64,000 bases of DNA. Origin: Candidatus Poriferisocius sp. Its GTDB lineage: Bacteria; Actinomycetota; Acidimicrobiia; Acidimicrobiales; Bin134. Position 1 is the stretch's first letter; each line of letters begins with the position of its first letter. The stretch is taken from positions 193,394 to 257,393 of the forward strand of contig NZ_CBDBOM010000003.1 in assembly GCF_965208355.1 (NCBI RefSeq), written 5' to 3'. Under the pieces are notes generated by a model. It had not been told where the DNA came from, searched no databases, and saw only the letters and a program-made list of their open reading frames with translations. Both the position numbers and the translations under genes were made by a program. This document shows positions 8,570-18,201 of this stretch, one piece after another.

Positions 8570-11163
8570 TCGGCTTCTTCTTCGTCCTCTTCGGGTTCTG
8601 GGGGCCTTTGGACCTCGATAACGCTGCTGCGGTACCAGACGCCTTCGTCTAGATCGGCGGGCAGGTAGGCGATATCGGGGATCAAGTTGTCGCCCTCGAA
8701 ATCGCGGAAGCCCAGTTCGATCCGTCCGTCGGCCAAGCGGCGCGCGCGGATTTGTCCGATCGAGCTGCCGCCTAGCTCCACGTCCAGGGTGGAGTACCAC
8801 ATCCCGACCCGCGTCTCAGAGGGCAAGTAGCGCCGCTCGGGCAGAATCTGGAAACCGCTGGACAGCTCGACGCCATGCTCAATGCGTCCGTCCTCGCCCA
8901 GTCGGGCCATGACCCGCAGGCCGATTGGCGGATCAGGTTCGGGCTCTTCTTCTGGCTCAGGCTGCGGCTCCGACTCGAACAGCTTGCGAAGCTCTTCGCT
9001 GTCGTCGAGCTCTAGCCGTTCCAAGAAGCGGAAGTTGGTTGCGTCGGCTGCGGCAGACGCGCACAATGCGCCGTCGATGAGCAGCCCATACACCGGAGAG
9101 GCTGCCCGCATTTCCGTGTCGAGTGCGATCAGCTCGTCGATATTCTCCACGCCGGCAGCTTCATAGGCGTCGCGCAATGCTGTGGGGCTGGCGTTGCAGA
9201 GACGCAGCCCAGCCAACATCGCCCGAACCTCGGGGTCGTTCCAGCCCTGCTCGGCAGCGCGGGCCGCGGAGACAATGCTGCTGGGCACCAACGCCGGTGA
9301 CAGGATGCTCTCGGCATAGGCCAGTTCGGAATGGACGGCAAATGCGTCGGCGAAGGAAAGCGCCCCGCCGCTCTCAATCTGATCCAAAAGCGATTGCCAA
9401 GAAGCAGCCAGCGATGCATAGGTTTCTGAAACACGATCGGCCGTGCTGAGAATCAAGTCCTCCACGGCGACTGGGCTGATCGCCTCGCCGTTGGCCAGAA
9501 CTTCCAGAAGTCCCGACCCATTGACGACCACTGCAAACCGTCCTGCCGCGGTCTTGAGGAGTGCGTCTGACTGGGGGCTTGGCACAGTGACCGGATTCGG
9601 CTCCGCGGCTTGGGGGAGAGCGGCAATCTCCGGCCGGTCGAAGATGCCGTCCAACAATTGAGTCCTCACCCCGGCGGCGTATCGGGCCCTTACCTGCGTC
9701 TCCGCATCAATTTCGGCTTCGGGGTCGTCGACGGCAACAACTGTGGTGACCACTGTCCCTTCGTCATCCTCATCTTCCACGTCCTCGTCAAGTGCGGCTG
9801 ACACCGAATAGACCACGCCGTCGACTTCCACCAGCACTGGGTCGTAGGTCGGGCCGCTGAGCACCATGAGGTCGTGCCACAGTCCGTGGAAACTGATCTC
9901 ATCTTCATTGCCGTCCTCCACGAGGACCGCAGTAAACAGCCACGCGGGTCCAGTTCTGTAAAAGGTCACCGAGAAGGGGGCCACCAGCGGCGTCGTGGTG
10001 CTGGTGGTGCTGGCCGTCTCCTCATTGGTGTGATAGGCGACGCCAGCTGGCCAAAGATGAGAGAACAAGGGCCCGGTGCGGTCGAACAACCGGGGACCAA
10101 CGGCATACAAAACGGCATTGCTTTCCTCGTCGGGGAAAGCGTCGCCGCCCAGATTGCCGACGCGGTAGTTGATCGGGAAGGGGTCACCGGCCACCACCTC
10201 GGTGGGGATGTCAATCTCCTCGATCTTCAATGAGGGGTTGTTCTGTTGCACCTCCTCTTCCACGATGGTGAGAGTGAGGGTGAAATCGACCAGAGGTCCT
10301 TGGAGGTCTCTGGTCCTGAAGGTGGTGGCCTCGATTCCGTAGACATCGGCCGGGAAGTACTGCTCAATCCGGGAGTTGCGGGTGCCAGCGGCGTCGTCGT
10401 TATGGGCGACCTGGCCGGGAACCACCGACCGCAGAGCGACGATCGGCGCGACGATAAGCACGGGATCGCCAATCTCCGAGGTCAGATCGACCCGAACCCG
10501 GGCGCCCTCGGGCAGGGTGAACACGAAGTATCGGGAGGGATGGCCGGTCAAGAAGATCGACTGGCAGGATTCGGGGTCCCAAAAGCCCGTCACCTCGATG
10601 TCTTGCTCGGGTGTCAGTATGCCGAGAGCTTCCGGTTCGCAGGTGTCGACCAAGGTGACCACGACCTCGAAGTCAGCCGGCCCCCGGACGCGGCCTGCGG
10701 TGGTGGTTGCTTCGATCAGGTAAACGCCGGCCTCGAGTTCTCTCTCGACGCGGGCATCGAGCGCTCCGACACCACCATCATCGTTTTCAGAGATTCTGGT
10801 GCCTTCCGCGTCGAGAAGATAGAGATAGGAATCGGCATCGGACGAGTTCAAGTCGACCCTGATGCGCCCGGTTGCGTCGATCTCGAACTGATAGGTGTGG
10901 GCATCGCTGTTGCTGCGGAAGCGCGAATCGCAGTCCTCGGTGGTCCAACGGCCGTTCGCCGTCAACTGGCTGCCCGGCGTGCTGTCCAGCAAGCCCAGAT
11001 CGACGGTTTCACAGTTCGACTCCTCTTCGGGGGCCTCTTCTTGGGTGGTCACCTCTTCGCTTATAAGCACAGGCTCTTGGGCTGAAGCCGCTCCAGCCCC
11101 GGCAAAGGCCAGCATCCCGGCCAAAAGGGCGGCAACCATTCCCGTCGCTGCTATCACTCGCAT
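8566..11163 (-). CDS. large secreted repeat protein: signal peptide, 2 PPC-like domains, unknown central region, 2 C-terminal ~50-aa repeats
   Basis: ATG at 11163 gives MRVIAATGMVAALLAGMLAFAGAGAASA-QEP, a signal peptide with an AxA cleavage site. Two ~125-aa repeats lie at nt 10648..11016 and 10267..10644. Each starts CExxxLGxL...WxxExCxSxF and contains a D..YLYLLD...NDD-type pre-peptidase C-terminal-like motif. A possible CARDB-like segment is IPTEVVAGDPFPINYRVGNLGGDAF. Two tandem repeats of pattern R..ARL..DGRIE.G......PxxxYLPxxxxxGxWYxSxxxEx lie at nt 8611..8922. The linkers and the tail are acidic. Confidence 0.8.
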   Translation of the reverse strand: MRVIAATGMVAALLAGMLAFAGAGAASAQEPVLISEEVTTQEEAPEEESNCETVDLGLLDSTPGSQLTANGRWTTEDCDSRFRSNSDAHTYQFEIDATGRIRVDLNSSDADSYLYLLDAEGTRISENDDGGVGALDARVERELEAGVYLIEATTTAGRVRGPADFEVVVTLVDTCEPEALGILTPEQDIEVTGFWDPESCQSIFLTGHPSRYFVFTLPEGARVRVDLTSEIGDPVLIVAPIVALRSVVPGQVAHNDDAAGTRNSRIEQYFPADVYGIEATTFRTRDLQGPLVDFTLTLTIVEEEVQQNNPSLKIEEIDIPTEVVAGDPFPINYRVGNLGGDAFPDEESNAVLYAVGPRLFDRTGPLFSHLWPAGVAYHTNEETASTTSTTTPLVAPFSVTFYRTGPAWLFTAVLVEDGNEDEISFHGLWHDLMVLSGPTYDPVLVEVDGVVYSVSAALDEDVEDEDDEGTVVTTVVAVDDPEAEIDAETQVRARYAAGVRTQLLDGIFDRPEIAALPQAAEPNPVTVPSPQSDALLKTAAGRFAVVVNGSGLLEVLANGEAISPVAVEDLILSTADRVSETYASLAASWQSLLDQIESGGALSFADAFAVHSELAYAESILSPALVPSSIVSAARAAEQGWNDPEVRAMLAGLRLCNASPTALRDAYEAAGVENIDELIALDTEMRAASPVYGLLIDGALCASAAADATNFRFLERLELDDSEELRKLFESEPQPEPEEEPEPDPPIGLRVMARLGEDGRIEHGVELSSGFQILPERRYLPSETRVGMWYSTLDVELGGSSIGQIRARRLADGRIELGFRDFEGDNLIPDIAYLPADLDEGVWYRSSVIEVQRPPEPEEDEEEAE

Positions 11164-11367
11164 TCTCCGCTTTCCTTGCTTCACCGTGGTTCTCCCTGTC
11201 GGCCGATCGCCATCGAAGACGCTCTTGGTTTGAAACGCGATGGCAAGACTATGCAGCATCAAGGCAGCCAAACGACCTCAACAGCATGTTGATTCGCTAT
11301 TGATTTTCGTGCCAACCAATTCGGCGCCCGGAAGGGAATACCCGCAACAGCCTCTACACTTCGAGGC

Positions 11368-12021
11368 ATGGCCTTGTTCGGGATGAAGAAGACGATGATG
11401 GTGGATCCGGCCGATGCGCTACCGGGGCGGGATATCGAGATGCCGGTTCCGGAGTTGCACTTCGTGAACGGGAACCCGCTGAAACCGCCGTTCCCCGACC
11501 AGATGCAGCAGATCATGGTGGGGATGGGCTGCTTCTGGGGCGCGGAGCGGGTGTTCTGGCAAGCACCCGGCGTGTTCACCACCGCGGTGGGCTACTCCGC
11601 CGGGTTTGCCCCCAATCCCTCCTACCAGGAAGTGTGCAGCGGCCTTACCGGCCACAACGAGGTGGTGCTGGCCGTGTTCGACCCCGAGGTCACCGGCTAC
11701 GAGCAGATGTTGGCCTTGTTCTGGGAGAACCATGATCCCACCCAGGGAATGCGCCAGGGCAACGACGTAGGCACGCAGTATCGATCGGGCATCTACTACT
11801 TCGACGACGACCAGAAGGTGGCCGCCGAGGCATCACGAGACATGTTCGGTGCTCGCCTGGCCGATGCGGGCTACGGCGAGATCACCACCGAGATCATCGC
11901 CGCCCCGCCCTTCTACTACGCCGAGGACTACCACCAGCAGTATCTGGCCAAGGTCCCCGGCGGCTACTGCGGCCTCGGCGGCACCGGCGTCACCTGCCCC
12001 GTCGGCATCACCACCGACTGA
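11368..12021 (+). CDS. msrA: peptide-methionine (S)-S-oxide reductase
   Basis: PADALPGR...[12 protein letters not shown] active-site block and a collinear 217 aa length. Confidence 0.95.
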   Translation: MALFGMKKTMMVDPADALPGRDIEMPVPELHFVNGNPLKPPFPDQMQQIMVGMGCFWGAERVFWQAPGVFTTAVGYSAGFAPNPSYQEVCSGLTGHNEVVLAVFDPEVTGYEQMLALFWENHDPTQGMRQGNDVGTQYRSGIYYFDDDQKVAAEASRDMFGARLADAGYGEITTEIIAAPPFYYAEDYHQQYLAKVPGGYCGLGGTGVTCPVGITTD

Positions 12022-12048
12022 TATTCGGCTTGATTCGCTCCAGGCCGC

Positions 12049-13584
12049 CTAGGCCGGGGTGAAGATGCAGCAGCCGGTGTCGTTGTCGTTGCGAACGTGG
12101 CCGGTGCGGCCTACCCCTTCGGAGGCAAGAAGGTCGTGAAGCAGATCGGGGTCTTCGGGAGTGTTAGCCAAGAAGCGGCGGCTCTCTGAGCCATTTCCGT
12201 CGAGGCGACCGCAGACATAGCCCAAAGACGGCTGGCCGTCGCGGTCGTGCATGACGGTGTAGGCCTCGATGCGGCCCGGCCCGCTGGCCGAATCGTCAGG
12301 GTTGGCCGGGGCGGTTTCCATCGACGCGGAGGGTGGCGGCCCGTCGGTCCGTTCCCAACCGCCTTCTTTGGGCCGGGCCGATAGCACCGCGGCGGCGTGC
12401 TTGGTCATGAAGAAGCCATTGCCGGTGACCATGCCGATCGAACGATCGTCTTCGCGCAGCTGCTCGACCATGGCCGGTATTGAATTCATGTTGTAGGCCG
12501 AGCCCGGTCCTCCGGCGTAGGGCAGTCCGCCGGTGACGGTGAACGGGCGGGGATCCAATTCGTCGATGCTCAGCATGGTGCAGGCCATTCGCACCGCTAT
12601 GGGAAAGCAGGAGTAGAAGTCGAATAGGGCAATGTCGTCGACGCCCACGCCAGCCTGGTCGAGCGCACCAATCGATGAGTCTTTCATCGACGGGCACTCA
12701 GCAAAGTTGGGACGAGTGCTGGCGAACCAGGCCTCTTCAGCGGCGTTGTGGCCGCCCCACCAGTACACCCAGCGATCCTCGGGGATACCCAACTCCTGGG
12801 CCTTGGCCACCGAAGTCATCACATACGCCCCGGCTTGATCGGTGTTCAGCACCGCGTTCAAGTACTTGGTGTAGGGAAAGCCGATCATGCGGTTCTGGGG
12901 CGTGGGCGTGATCAGCTCCTCGGCGCTGCGCTCGGTGGGGAACCAGGCATAGGGGTTGGCTGCGGCCACCGCGGTGAACTCGGTCATCATCTCGCCCAGT
13001 CGCTGGGCGTGTTCCGCCAGGGTCATTCCCTGGGCTGTCCGCAGAGCGTTCTCGAACAGGGGATAGGCCTGGATGGGGCGGGTGAGCTGGTGACGCTCCT
13101 CGATCTCCGACACCATGGGCTTGGCGATGGGGGCGAACCGCTCGTCGGCACCAGTGGGATCTCCCCCCGAGGGCCAGTCCAACTCCACCCCAGCAGCTTT
13201 GGCCCGCTCATACGTCTTCCAGATCTGCCCGCCGGTCATCAGCGCAGCTTCGGTGCGACCGGCCAAGATCTCGTCGGCCAGGTGGTTGGCGGCCAGTACA
13301 CCCATCTCCCCGCCGCCTCCCGTGTGCTGCACTCGGGCCCGGCCGTTGATGCCGACTCGTTCGGCGACCAGAGCAGCGCCGTTCACCGGAGTCCAATAGG
13401 CCAAAGGGATCTGCAAGTAGGTGTCCACGTGGGCGAACAGGGTTTGGCCGACACCCGAGTCGTAGGCGGCCCGGGTGGCTACATCGGCGAGCATGGTCAC
13501 CGGGTCGGGTGCGGCCGTCGGATCGATCTCCCGCCCCACGTACTGGGCCACGCCCACCAGCACGGGCGCCCGGTCGCTACTCAT
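12049..13584 (-). CDS. thiolase-like protein (long, ~510 aa form with C-terminal extension)
   Basis: [15 protein letters not shown]... has a thiolase-fold N- and C-half pattern ([15 protein letters not shown]). An extra ~90-aa C-terminal domain follows ([15 protein letters not shown]...). I could not confirm a catalytic Cys by eye. Confidence 0.7.
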   Translation of the reverse strand: MSSDRAPVLVGVAQYVGREIDPTAAPDPVTMLADVATRAAYDSGVGQTLFAHVDTYLQIPLAYWTPVNGAALVAERVGINGRARVQHTGGGGEMGVLAANHLADEILAGRTEAALMTGGQIWKTYERAKAAGVELDWPSGGDPTGADERFAPIAKPMVSEIEERHQLTRPIQAYPLFENALRTAQGMTLAEHAQRLGEMMTEFTAVAAANPYAWFPTERSAEELITPTPQNRMIGFPYTKYLNAVLNTDQAGAYVMTSVAKAQELGIPEDRWVYWWGGHNAAEEAWFASTRPNFAECPSMKDSSIGALDQAGVGVDDIALFDFYSCFPIAVRMACTMLSIDELDPRPFTVTGGLPYAGGPGSAYNMNSIPAMVEQLREDDRSIGMVTGNGFFMTKHAAAVLSARPKEGGWERTDGPPPSASMETAPANPDDSASGPGRIEAYTVMHDRDGQPSLGYVCGRLDGNGSESRRFLANTPEDPDLLHDLLASEGVGRTGHVRNDNDTGCCIFTPA

Positions 13585-13651
13585 CGCGGCGATGCTAAAC
13601 AGATTCCCTCGCGATCCGCTGATCGGAGCAAAGCTGCGTAGGCTCTGGAGG

Positions 13652-14842
13652 GTGAAATTCGGCGTCTTCTATGAACATCAGTTGCCGCGGCCGTGGCATG
13701 AAGGGGATGAGCAGCGTCTGCTGCACGAGGCCCTTGAGCAAGTGGAGCTGGCCGACCAGTTGGGGTTCGACTACGCCTGGGAGGTGGAGCATCACTTCTT
13801 GGAGGAATATTCCCACTCGTCGGCCCCCGAGGTGTTCTTAGCCGCGGCCAGCCAGCGCACCGAGCGGATCAGGCTGGGGCATGGCATCGTGCAGATGCCG
13901 CCCAAATACAACCACCCGGCCCGGGTGGCCGAGCGCATCGCCACCCTGGACCTCATCTCCAACGGCCGGGTGGATTTCGGCACCGGCGAGTCGTCGGCCG
14001 CAGTTGAGTTGGGCGGATTCAACATTGAGCACGCCGACAAACGCCCAGCGTGGGCCGAGGCCACCGAGCAGTGCTGCAACATGATGGTCATGGAGCCCTA
14101 CCCAGGGTATGAGGGCGAGTATTTCTCCATGCCGTGTCGCAACGTGGTGCCCAAGCCGGCGCAGAAGCCCCACCCGCCGCTGTGGGTTGCGTGCTCAAAT
14201 CGGGAAACCATCAAATTGGCCGCCCGACTGGGCATGGGAGCGCTCACCTTCGCCTTCGTGGATCCCGACGAGGCCGCCCACTGGGTGGATGACTACTACC
14301 GGATACTTCGCGAGGAGTGCGTGCCCATCGGCCACACCGTGAACGCAAATATCGCCATGGTGGTGGGCTTGTCGATGCACGCCGACCAGGAAGAGGCTGA
14401 GCGCCGGGGCCTAGAGGGATTCCAGTTCTTCGGCCACGGCCTCTTGCACTATTACGTGATCGGCCGGCACCAGCCGGGCCGAACCAACGTGTGGGACAAC
14501 TTTCAAGAATCCCGGGAGTCGTTTGAGGGGCTGGGAGAGACGCTGGGCATCGGAACGCCCGATCAGGTCACCCGCCAGCTGAAGGGCTATGCCGATGTCG
14601 GGGTGGACCAGGTGATGTTCATCCAGCAGTCGGGCCGCAACCGCCACGACCACATCTGCCATTCACTGGAGATGTTTGCCAAAGAGGTCATGCCCGCCCT
14701 CAAAGAAGGGGAGGACGAGCGGGAGGCGGCCAAAGTCGAACGCCTCGCCCCCCACATCGAGGCCGCCCTCGCTCGCCGCACTCCTATGGCGCCGGTGGCC
14801 GACGACGATATCCCCGTGGTGGAGTCACTGGGCACTTCCTGA
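13652..14842 (+). CDS. luciferase-like (LLM class) flavin-dependent monooxygenase
   Basis: GTG at 13652 follows a GGAG. The translation VKFGVFYEHQLPRPW...LGFDYAWEVEHHF...GTGES is typical of the LLM family. The ORF-track extension to 13475 overlaps the divergent thiolase gene. Confidence 0.85.
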   Translation: MKFGVFYEHQLPRPWHEGDEQRLLHEALEQVELADQLGFDYAWEVEHHFLEEYSHSSAPEVFLAAASQRTERIRLGHGIVQMPPKYNHPARVAERIATLDLISNGRVDFGTGESSAAVELGGFNIEHADKRPAWAEATEQCCNMMVMEPYPGYEGEYFSMPCRNVVPKPAQKPHPPLWVACSNRETIKLAARLGMGALTFAFVDPDEAAHWVDDYYRILREECVPIGHTVNANIAMVVGLSMHADQEEAERRGLEGFQFFGHGLLHYYVIGRHQPGRTNVWDNFQESRESFEGLGETLGIGTPDQVTRQLKGYADVGVDQVMFIQQSGRNRHDHICHSLEMFAKEVMPALKEGEDEREAAKVERLAPHIEAALARRTPMAPVADDDIPVVESLGTS

Positions 14843-14850
14843 GCTCGGTC

Positions 14851-15288
14851 TTAGACCTCAGGTGTCAAATAGGCGGCGAAGACCCAGCCGGTGACGGTGT
14901 TGGCTCTGACCTGGACCCAGGTGCCGCTGGTGGGGGACTCCACCACTTGGCCGGTGAGGGTGACGGTGGACCCCAGGTTGGCAGTGCCCAAGACCTGATG
15001 GGCGGTGCTGGGGCCGGCTCTCACGTTGAGGGCGGAGGGAACGTCGAACACTGTCCACCGCGTTTCGGGGGGATAGCGGGGGTCGATCTCCAATTCGACC
15101 ACCACCTCGACGGGCTCGGGCAGTGGCGCTTCGGTGGGGGTGGGCTCGGGGGTGGATTCCGGCTCGGTCTCCTCCGACTCGATGGTCACCCAGTCGAGTC
15201 CCCAAGTAGACACGATGCCGGCTAGTGATAGGGCCACGAAGGCCAAACCGGCCACCGCCACACAAAAGACAATTGCCCGTACGCCCAT
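14851..15288 (-). CDS. membrane-anchored SH3b-domain protein
   Basis: N-terminal TM helix AIVFCVAVAGLAFVALSLAGIV, a Pro/Glu/Thr linker, and a C-terminal LNVRAGPST...G..V.L.G...WVQV...TGWV...YL bacterial SH3 pattern. Confidence 0.7.
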   Translation of the reverse strand: MGVRAIVFCVAVAGLAFVALSLAGIVSTWGLDWVTIESEETEPESTPEPTPTEAPLPEPVEVVVELEIDPRYPPETRWTVFDVPSALNVRAGPSTAHQVLGTANLGSTVTLTGQVVESPTSGTWVQVRANTVTGWVFAAYLTPEV

Positions 15289-15292
15289 CTGG

Positions 15293-16069
15293 CTAGCGGG
15301 CCTGCCAGTCGGGGGGGCGGCCCTCAGCCCATGCGTTCACTCCCTCGGTGGCGTCCTCGGTCGCTCCGGCCACAATCCGCATGGTCTCGCCGAAGCGCAC
15401 GGCCTCCACCCACGACATGGTGCGAGTGCGGGCAGCCACCTCCTTGGTGGCCCGGACCGCCAGCGGTGCCGAGGCGACGAGCCGGTCGGCCAAGGTCTGT
15501 GCCTCTTCCATCAAGTTGTCGTGGGGCACCACTCGCCAAACCAGTCCCATCTCCCGGGCCCGTTCGGCATCTACTCGCTCGCCGGTCAACAGCAATTCCA
15601 TGGCGTCGGCCCACTCCACCCGCCGGGGCAACCGGATGGCCCCCACGATGGTGGGCACGCCGAGGCGCACCTCGGGATAGCCGAAGGTGGCCTGGTCGCT
15701 GGCAATGAGGAAATCGCAGGCCAGCGCTCCGGTGAGCCCGTAGCCCAGGCAATGGCCGTTTACCGCGGCGATGGTCGGCTTGTACAGCTCCAAGCCCGAC
15801 TCGAAGGAGTTGATGGTGGGCTTCTCCCAGAACGTGCCCTCAAACACGCCTACCGATCCTTCGCCGGCGCGCATGTCGGCCCCGGCGCAAAATGCCCGCC
15901 CCGCTCCGGTGATGATGGCCACCCAGGCCTCGTCGTCTCCCCGAAACCGGTTCCAGGCCGCGTTCAAGTCTTGGCGCAGTTCGCCATTGATGGCGTTGAG
16001 GGCGTCAGGGCGGTTGAGGGTAATGGTTGCCACATGGCCGGAAAGGTCATAGAGCACGGTGTCGGGCAT
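15293..16069 (-). CDS. enoyl-CoA hydratase/isomerase (crotonase family)
   Basis: VATITLNRPDALNAI...ITGAGRAFCAGADM oxyanion-hole motifs. Confidence 0.9.
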   Translation of the reverse strand: MPDTVLYDLSGHVATITLNRPDALNAINGELRQDLNAAWNRFRGDDEAWVAIITGAGRAFCAGADMRAGEGSVGVFEGTFWEKPTINSFESGLELYKPTIAAVNGHCLGYGLTGALACDFLIASDQATFGYPEVRLGVPTIVGAIRLPRRVEWADAMELLLTGERVDAERAREMGLVWRVVPHDNLMEEAQTLADRLVASAPLAVRATKEVAARTRTMSWVEAVRFGETMRIVAGATEDATEGVNAWAEGRPPDWQAR

Positions 16070-16093
16070 GGCTGGCTCCCTTCTTCTCGGCGC

Positions 16094-17191
16094 TCAATCA
16101 AACACCAGGATGGCCCGGCCGCTGATCTGTCCGCTTTGCAGAGCATCAACCGCCTCGTTGATCTCATCGAGGGCGAAGCGCTGGGTGACCATGCTGTCCA
16201 GGTCCAGGTCGCCCCTCCGGTACCAGTCCATGAAGATGGGGAAGTCTCGCTCGGGGTGACTGGTTCCGCCGATGCTTCCGGTGAGGTGTTTCTCGTGCAT
16301 CAGCAGGTCACCCACGTCGATGGCGGGAACAGAGACTGGAATCCCGACGAGCACCGCCACCGCCCGTTCGTCGGACCCCCAGCGCTTTGACCGCAATGAC
16401 GGCGCCACCTGCCCGATGGTTGCCTCCGCGCCGATGCAATCGAAGGCGAAGTCCACCCCGGCACAGGGCGCTCCCATCAAGTCCAAGCCTTCACGGGGGG
16501 TCAGCTCGCGGATCCGGGCCACCGGGTCGCACTCCGAGGCGTTCACTCCAAGGGTGGCCCCGTGGCTGCGGGCAAACTCAAGCTTCTCCTCGGTGAGATC
16601 TACCGCGATGATGGGGTCGGCGCCCAGCGCCTTAGCGGCCGAAAGGGCCGAGCAGCCCACGCCGCCCACGCCGAACACTGCCACCGACGACCCCGCGGTG
16701 ACCCCCGCGGTGTTCATTACCGCACCGGCACCGGTCATTACCGCACAGCCGACGATGGAGGTCACATCGACAGGCACATCGTCGGGCATGGGCACGATGT
16801 ACATCTCATCGGCGATGGTGTGGTCGGCCCAGGTGAACACCCCCAGGCTGACCGCCGACGATCCGTCGCCCTGGACCACCTGGGCGGGAGCGGGTCGGCG
16901 ATCAGGGGGCTGGGTGCTACGGGGTAGCCAGGTCACGAACACCCGGTCGCCGGGGTTCACGTGGTTCACCTCGGAGCCCACCGCCACCACCTCGCCGGTG
17001 GCCTCATGGCCGAGAACCACATCGCTTGCTCGAGGGGTGTGGATCTCGTGGAGCTGGCTGTGGCACACCCCGCTGGCGAATTGGCGCACCACTACATCGG
17101 TGGCCTCGGGGTCGGGCAGTTCTACTTCTTCGATGCGCAGGGGTTGGCCCATTTCCTGGGGGACGACGGCGACACGAGCTGGGGTTGGCAT
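16094..17191 (-). CDS. zinc-dependent alcohol dehydrogenase (MDR family)
   Basis: GVCHSQLHE and GHEATGEVVAVG zinc-site motifs plus a GVGGVG NAD fold. Confidence 0.9.
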   Translation of the reverse strand: MPTPARVAVVPQEMGQPLRIEEVELPDPEATDVVVRQFASGVCHSQLHEIHTPRASDVVLGHEATGEVVAVGSEVNHVNPGDRVFVTWLPRSTQPPDRRPAPAQVVQGDGSSAVSLGVFTWADHTIADEMYIVPMPDDVPVDVTSIVGCAVMTGAGAVMNTAGVTAGSSVAVFGVGGVGCSALSAAKALGADPIIAVDLTEEKLEFARSHGATLGVNASECDPVARIRELTPREGLDLMGAPCAGVDFAFDCIGAEATIGQVAPSLRSKRWGSDERAVAVLVGIPVSVPAIDVGDLLMHEKHLTGSIGGTSHPERDFPIFMDWYRRGDLDLDSMVTQRFALDEINEAVDALQSGQISGRAILVFD

Positions 17192-17236
17192 GGCGCCAGA
17201 CTAGGGGGGCTGCCGCCTACCGGGCATTCAGCAGCG

Positions 17237-18124
17237 TCAGGGGTACTTGATGGACAGCTGGCGCAGAGAGCGGGGGCCGGGGCTGTGGGGCATTTCCCGG
17301 CGGTGGACGGTGCCGACGGTGTCGAAGATCACCACGTCGCCTTGTTGCCAACGGTGGGTGTAGGTGTGCTGGGGGACGATGGCGTGGTCCATGGCCGCCT
17401 GGGTAAGGGCGAAGGCGTCGTCGGGGTCGTCGATGTCCACGAAACCGCAGGAGAACGACGAGACGTACAGCGCCACCCTTCCAGTGTCGGGGTGGGGCAT
17501 TTCCACCGGGTGCTCGACTACTTCGCCCGAGCCGGGGTAGACGATGTCGGGGTTGGCCTTCAGGCGGCGGGCAGCGGCTTCCGACGGGTCCTCGTCGTGG
17601 TGGTTCTGGCGGAGGCGGGTGTTGTTCTCCGACGTGATGGTGTAGCGCCCGATTCGCCCGGCCAGCTTCACGGCCAGATCGTTGGGCAAAGTCTCATAGG
17701 CGGTGTACATGTCGCAGTACGAGGTATCAGCACCCCCGTCGGCCGGGACGCGCTGGGCGTTGAGCAGCGACTCCCGGGCAATTGTGTCCAAGAAGGCGTA
17801 GTCGGTGTGCCACGGCAGGGGTCCGCTGCCCGCGGTACCGATTTCGTGGCCGTTGTCATCCAGCTCATTGGACACGGCCAGCACCTCGGGGACCTCAGTG
17901 GGGATGTTGTACAGCTCGTCGGCGGGGAAGGGCTCGCCCAGTTGCCGGGCCAAGGCGGCCAGTTCGTCGGCGTCGCACTCCCGCTGGCCCCGCAGCACCA
18001 CCACCAGCCGATCGGCCAAGGCCTGGCGCAGCGTCGCCAGGTCGTCGTCGCTCAGCGGCGCGCCCGGGTCCCAGCCTGATGCCAGCGCACCTAGGGGGGC
18101 ATCGATGGGCTCGGTGCGAATCAT
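17237..18124 (-). CDS. TauD/TfdA-family dioxygenase
   Basis: 295 aa. It has WHTDYAF (H-x-D) and a C-terminal TVHRR-type segment. It lies in a minus-strand run with the ADH and crotonase genes. Confidence 0.8.
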   Translation of the reverse strand: MIRTEPIDAPLGALASGWDPGAPLSDDDLATLRQALADRLVVVLRGQRECDADELAALARQLGEPFPADELYNIPTEVPEVLAVSNELDDNGHEIGTAGSGPLPWHTDYAFLDTIARESLLNAQRVPADGGADTSYCDMYTAYETLPNDLAVKLAGRIGRYTITSENNTRLRQNHHDEDPSEAAARRLKANPDIVYPGSGEVVEHPVEMPHPDTGRVALYVSSFSCGFVDIDDPDDAFALTQAAMDHAIVPQHTYTHRWQQGDVVIFDTVGTVHRREMPHSPGPRSLRQLSIKYP

Positions 18125-18201
18125 GTCTCTATCCCTATCATGTCAACCCTGCGGACTCGCCGTGCTAGTACAAGGTGAGGAACGGTCGAGGAGGAACCAC
18201 C

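Noticed and set aside
8570-8800. N-terminal 77-aa extension of the Mo-hydroxylase ORF as given in the track (start 8800).
   Set aside because: The extension is extremely Arg-rich and lies inside the well-supported 3' end of the secreted-protein gene, in another frame. The family-typical N-terminus begins at the GTG at 8569, which forms a GTGA overlap.
12022-12048. Short palindrome GCCTAGGC between the convergent msrA and thiolase-like genes, considered as a bidirectional terminator.
   Set aside because: It is only an 8-nt palindrome with no stable stem-loop or U tract, so the support is insufficient.
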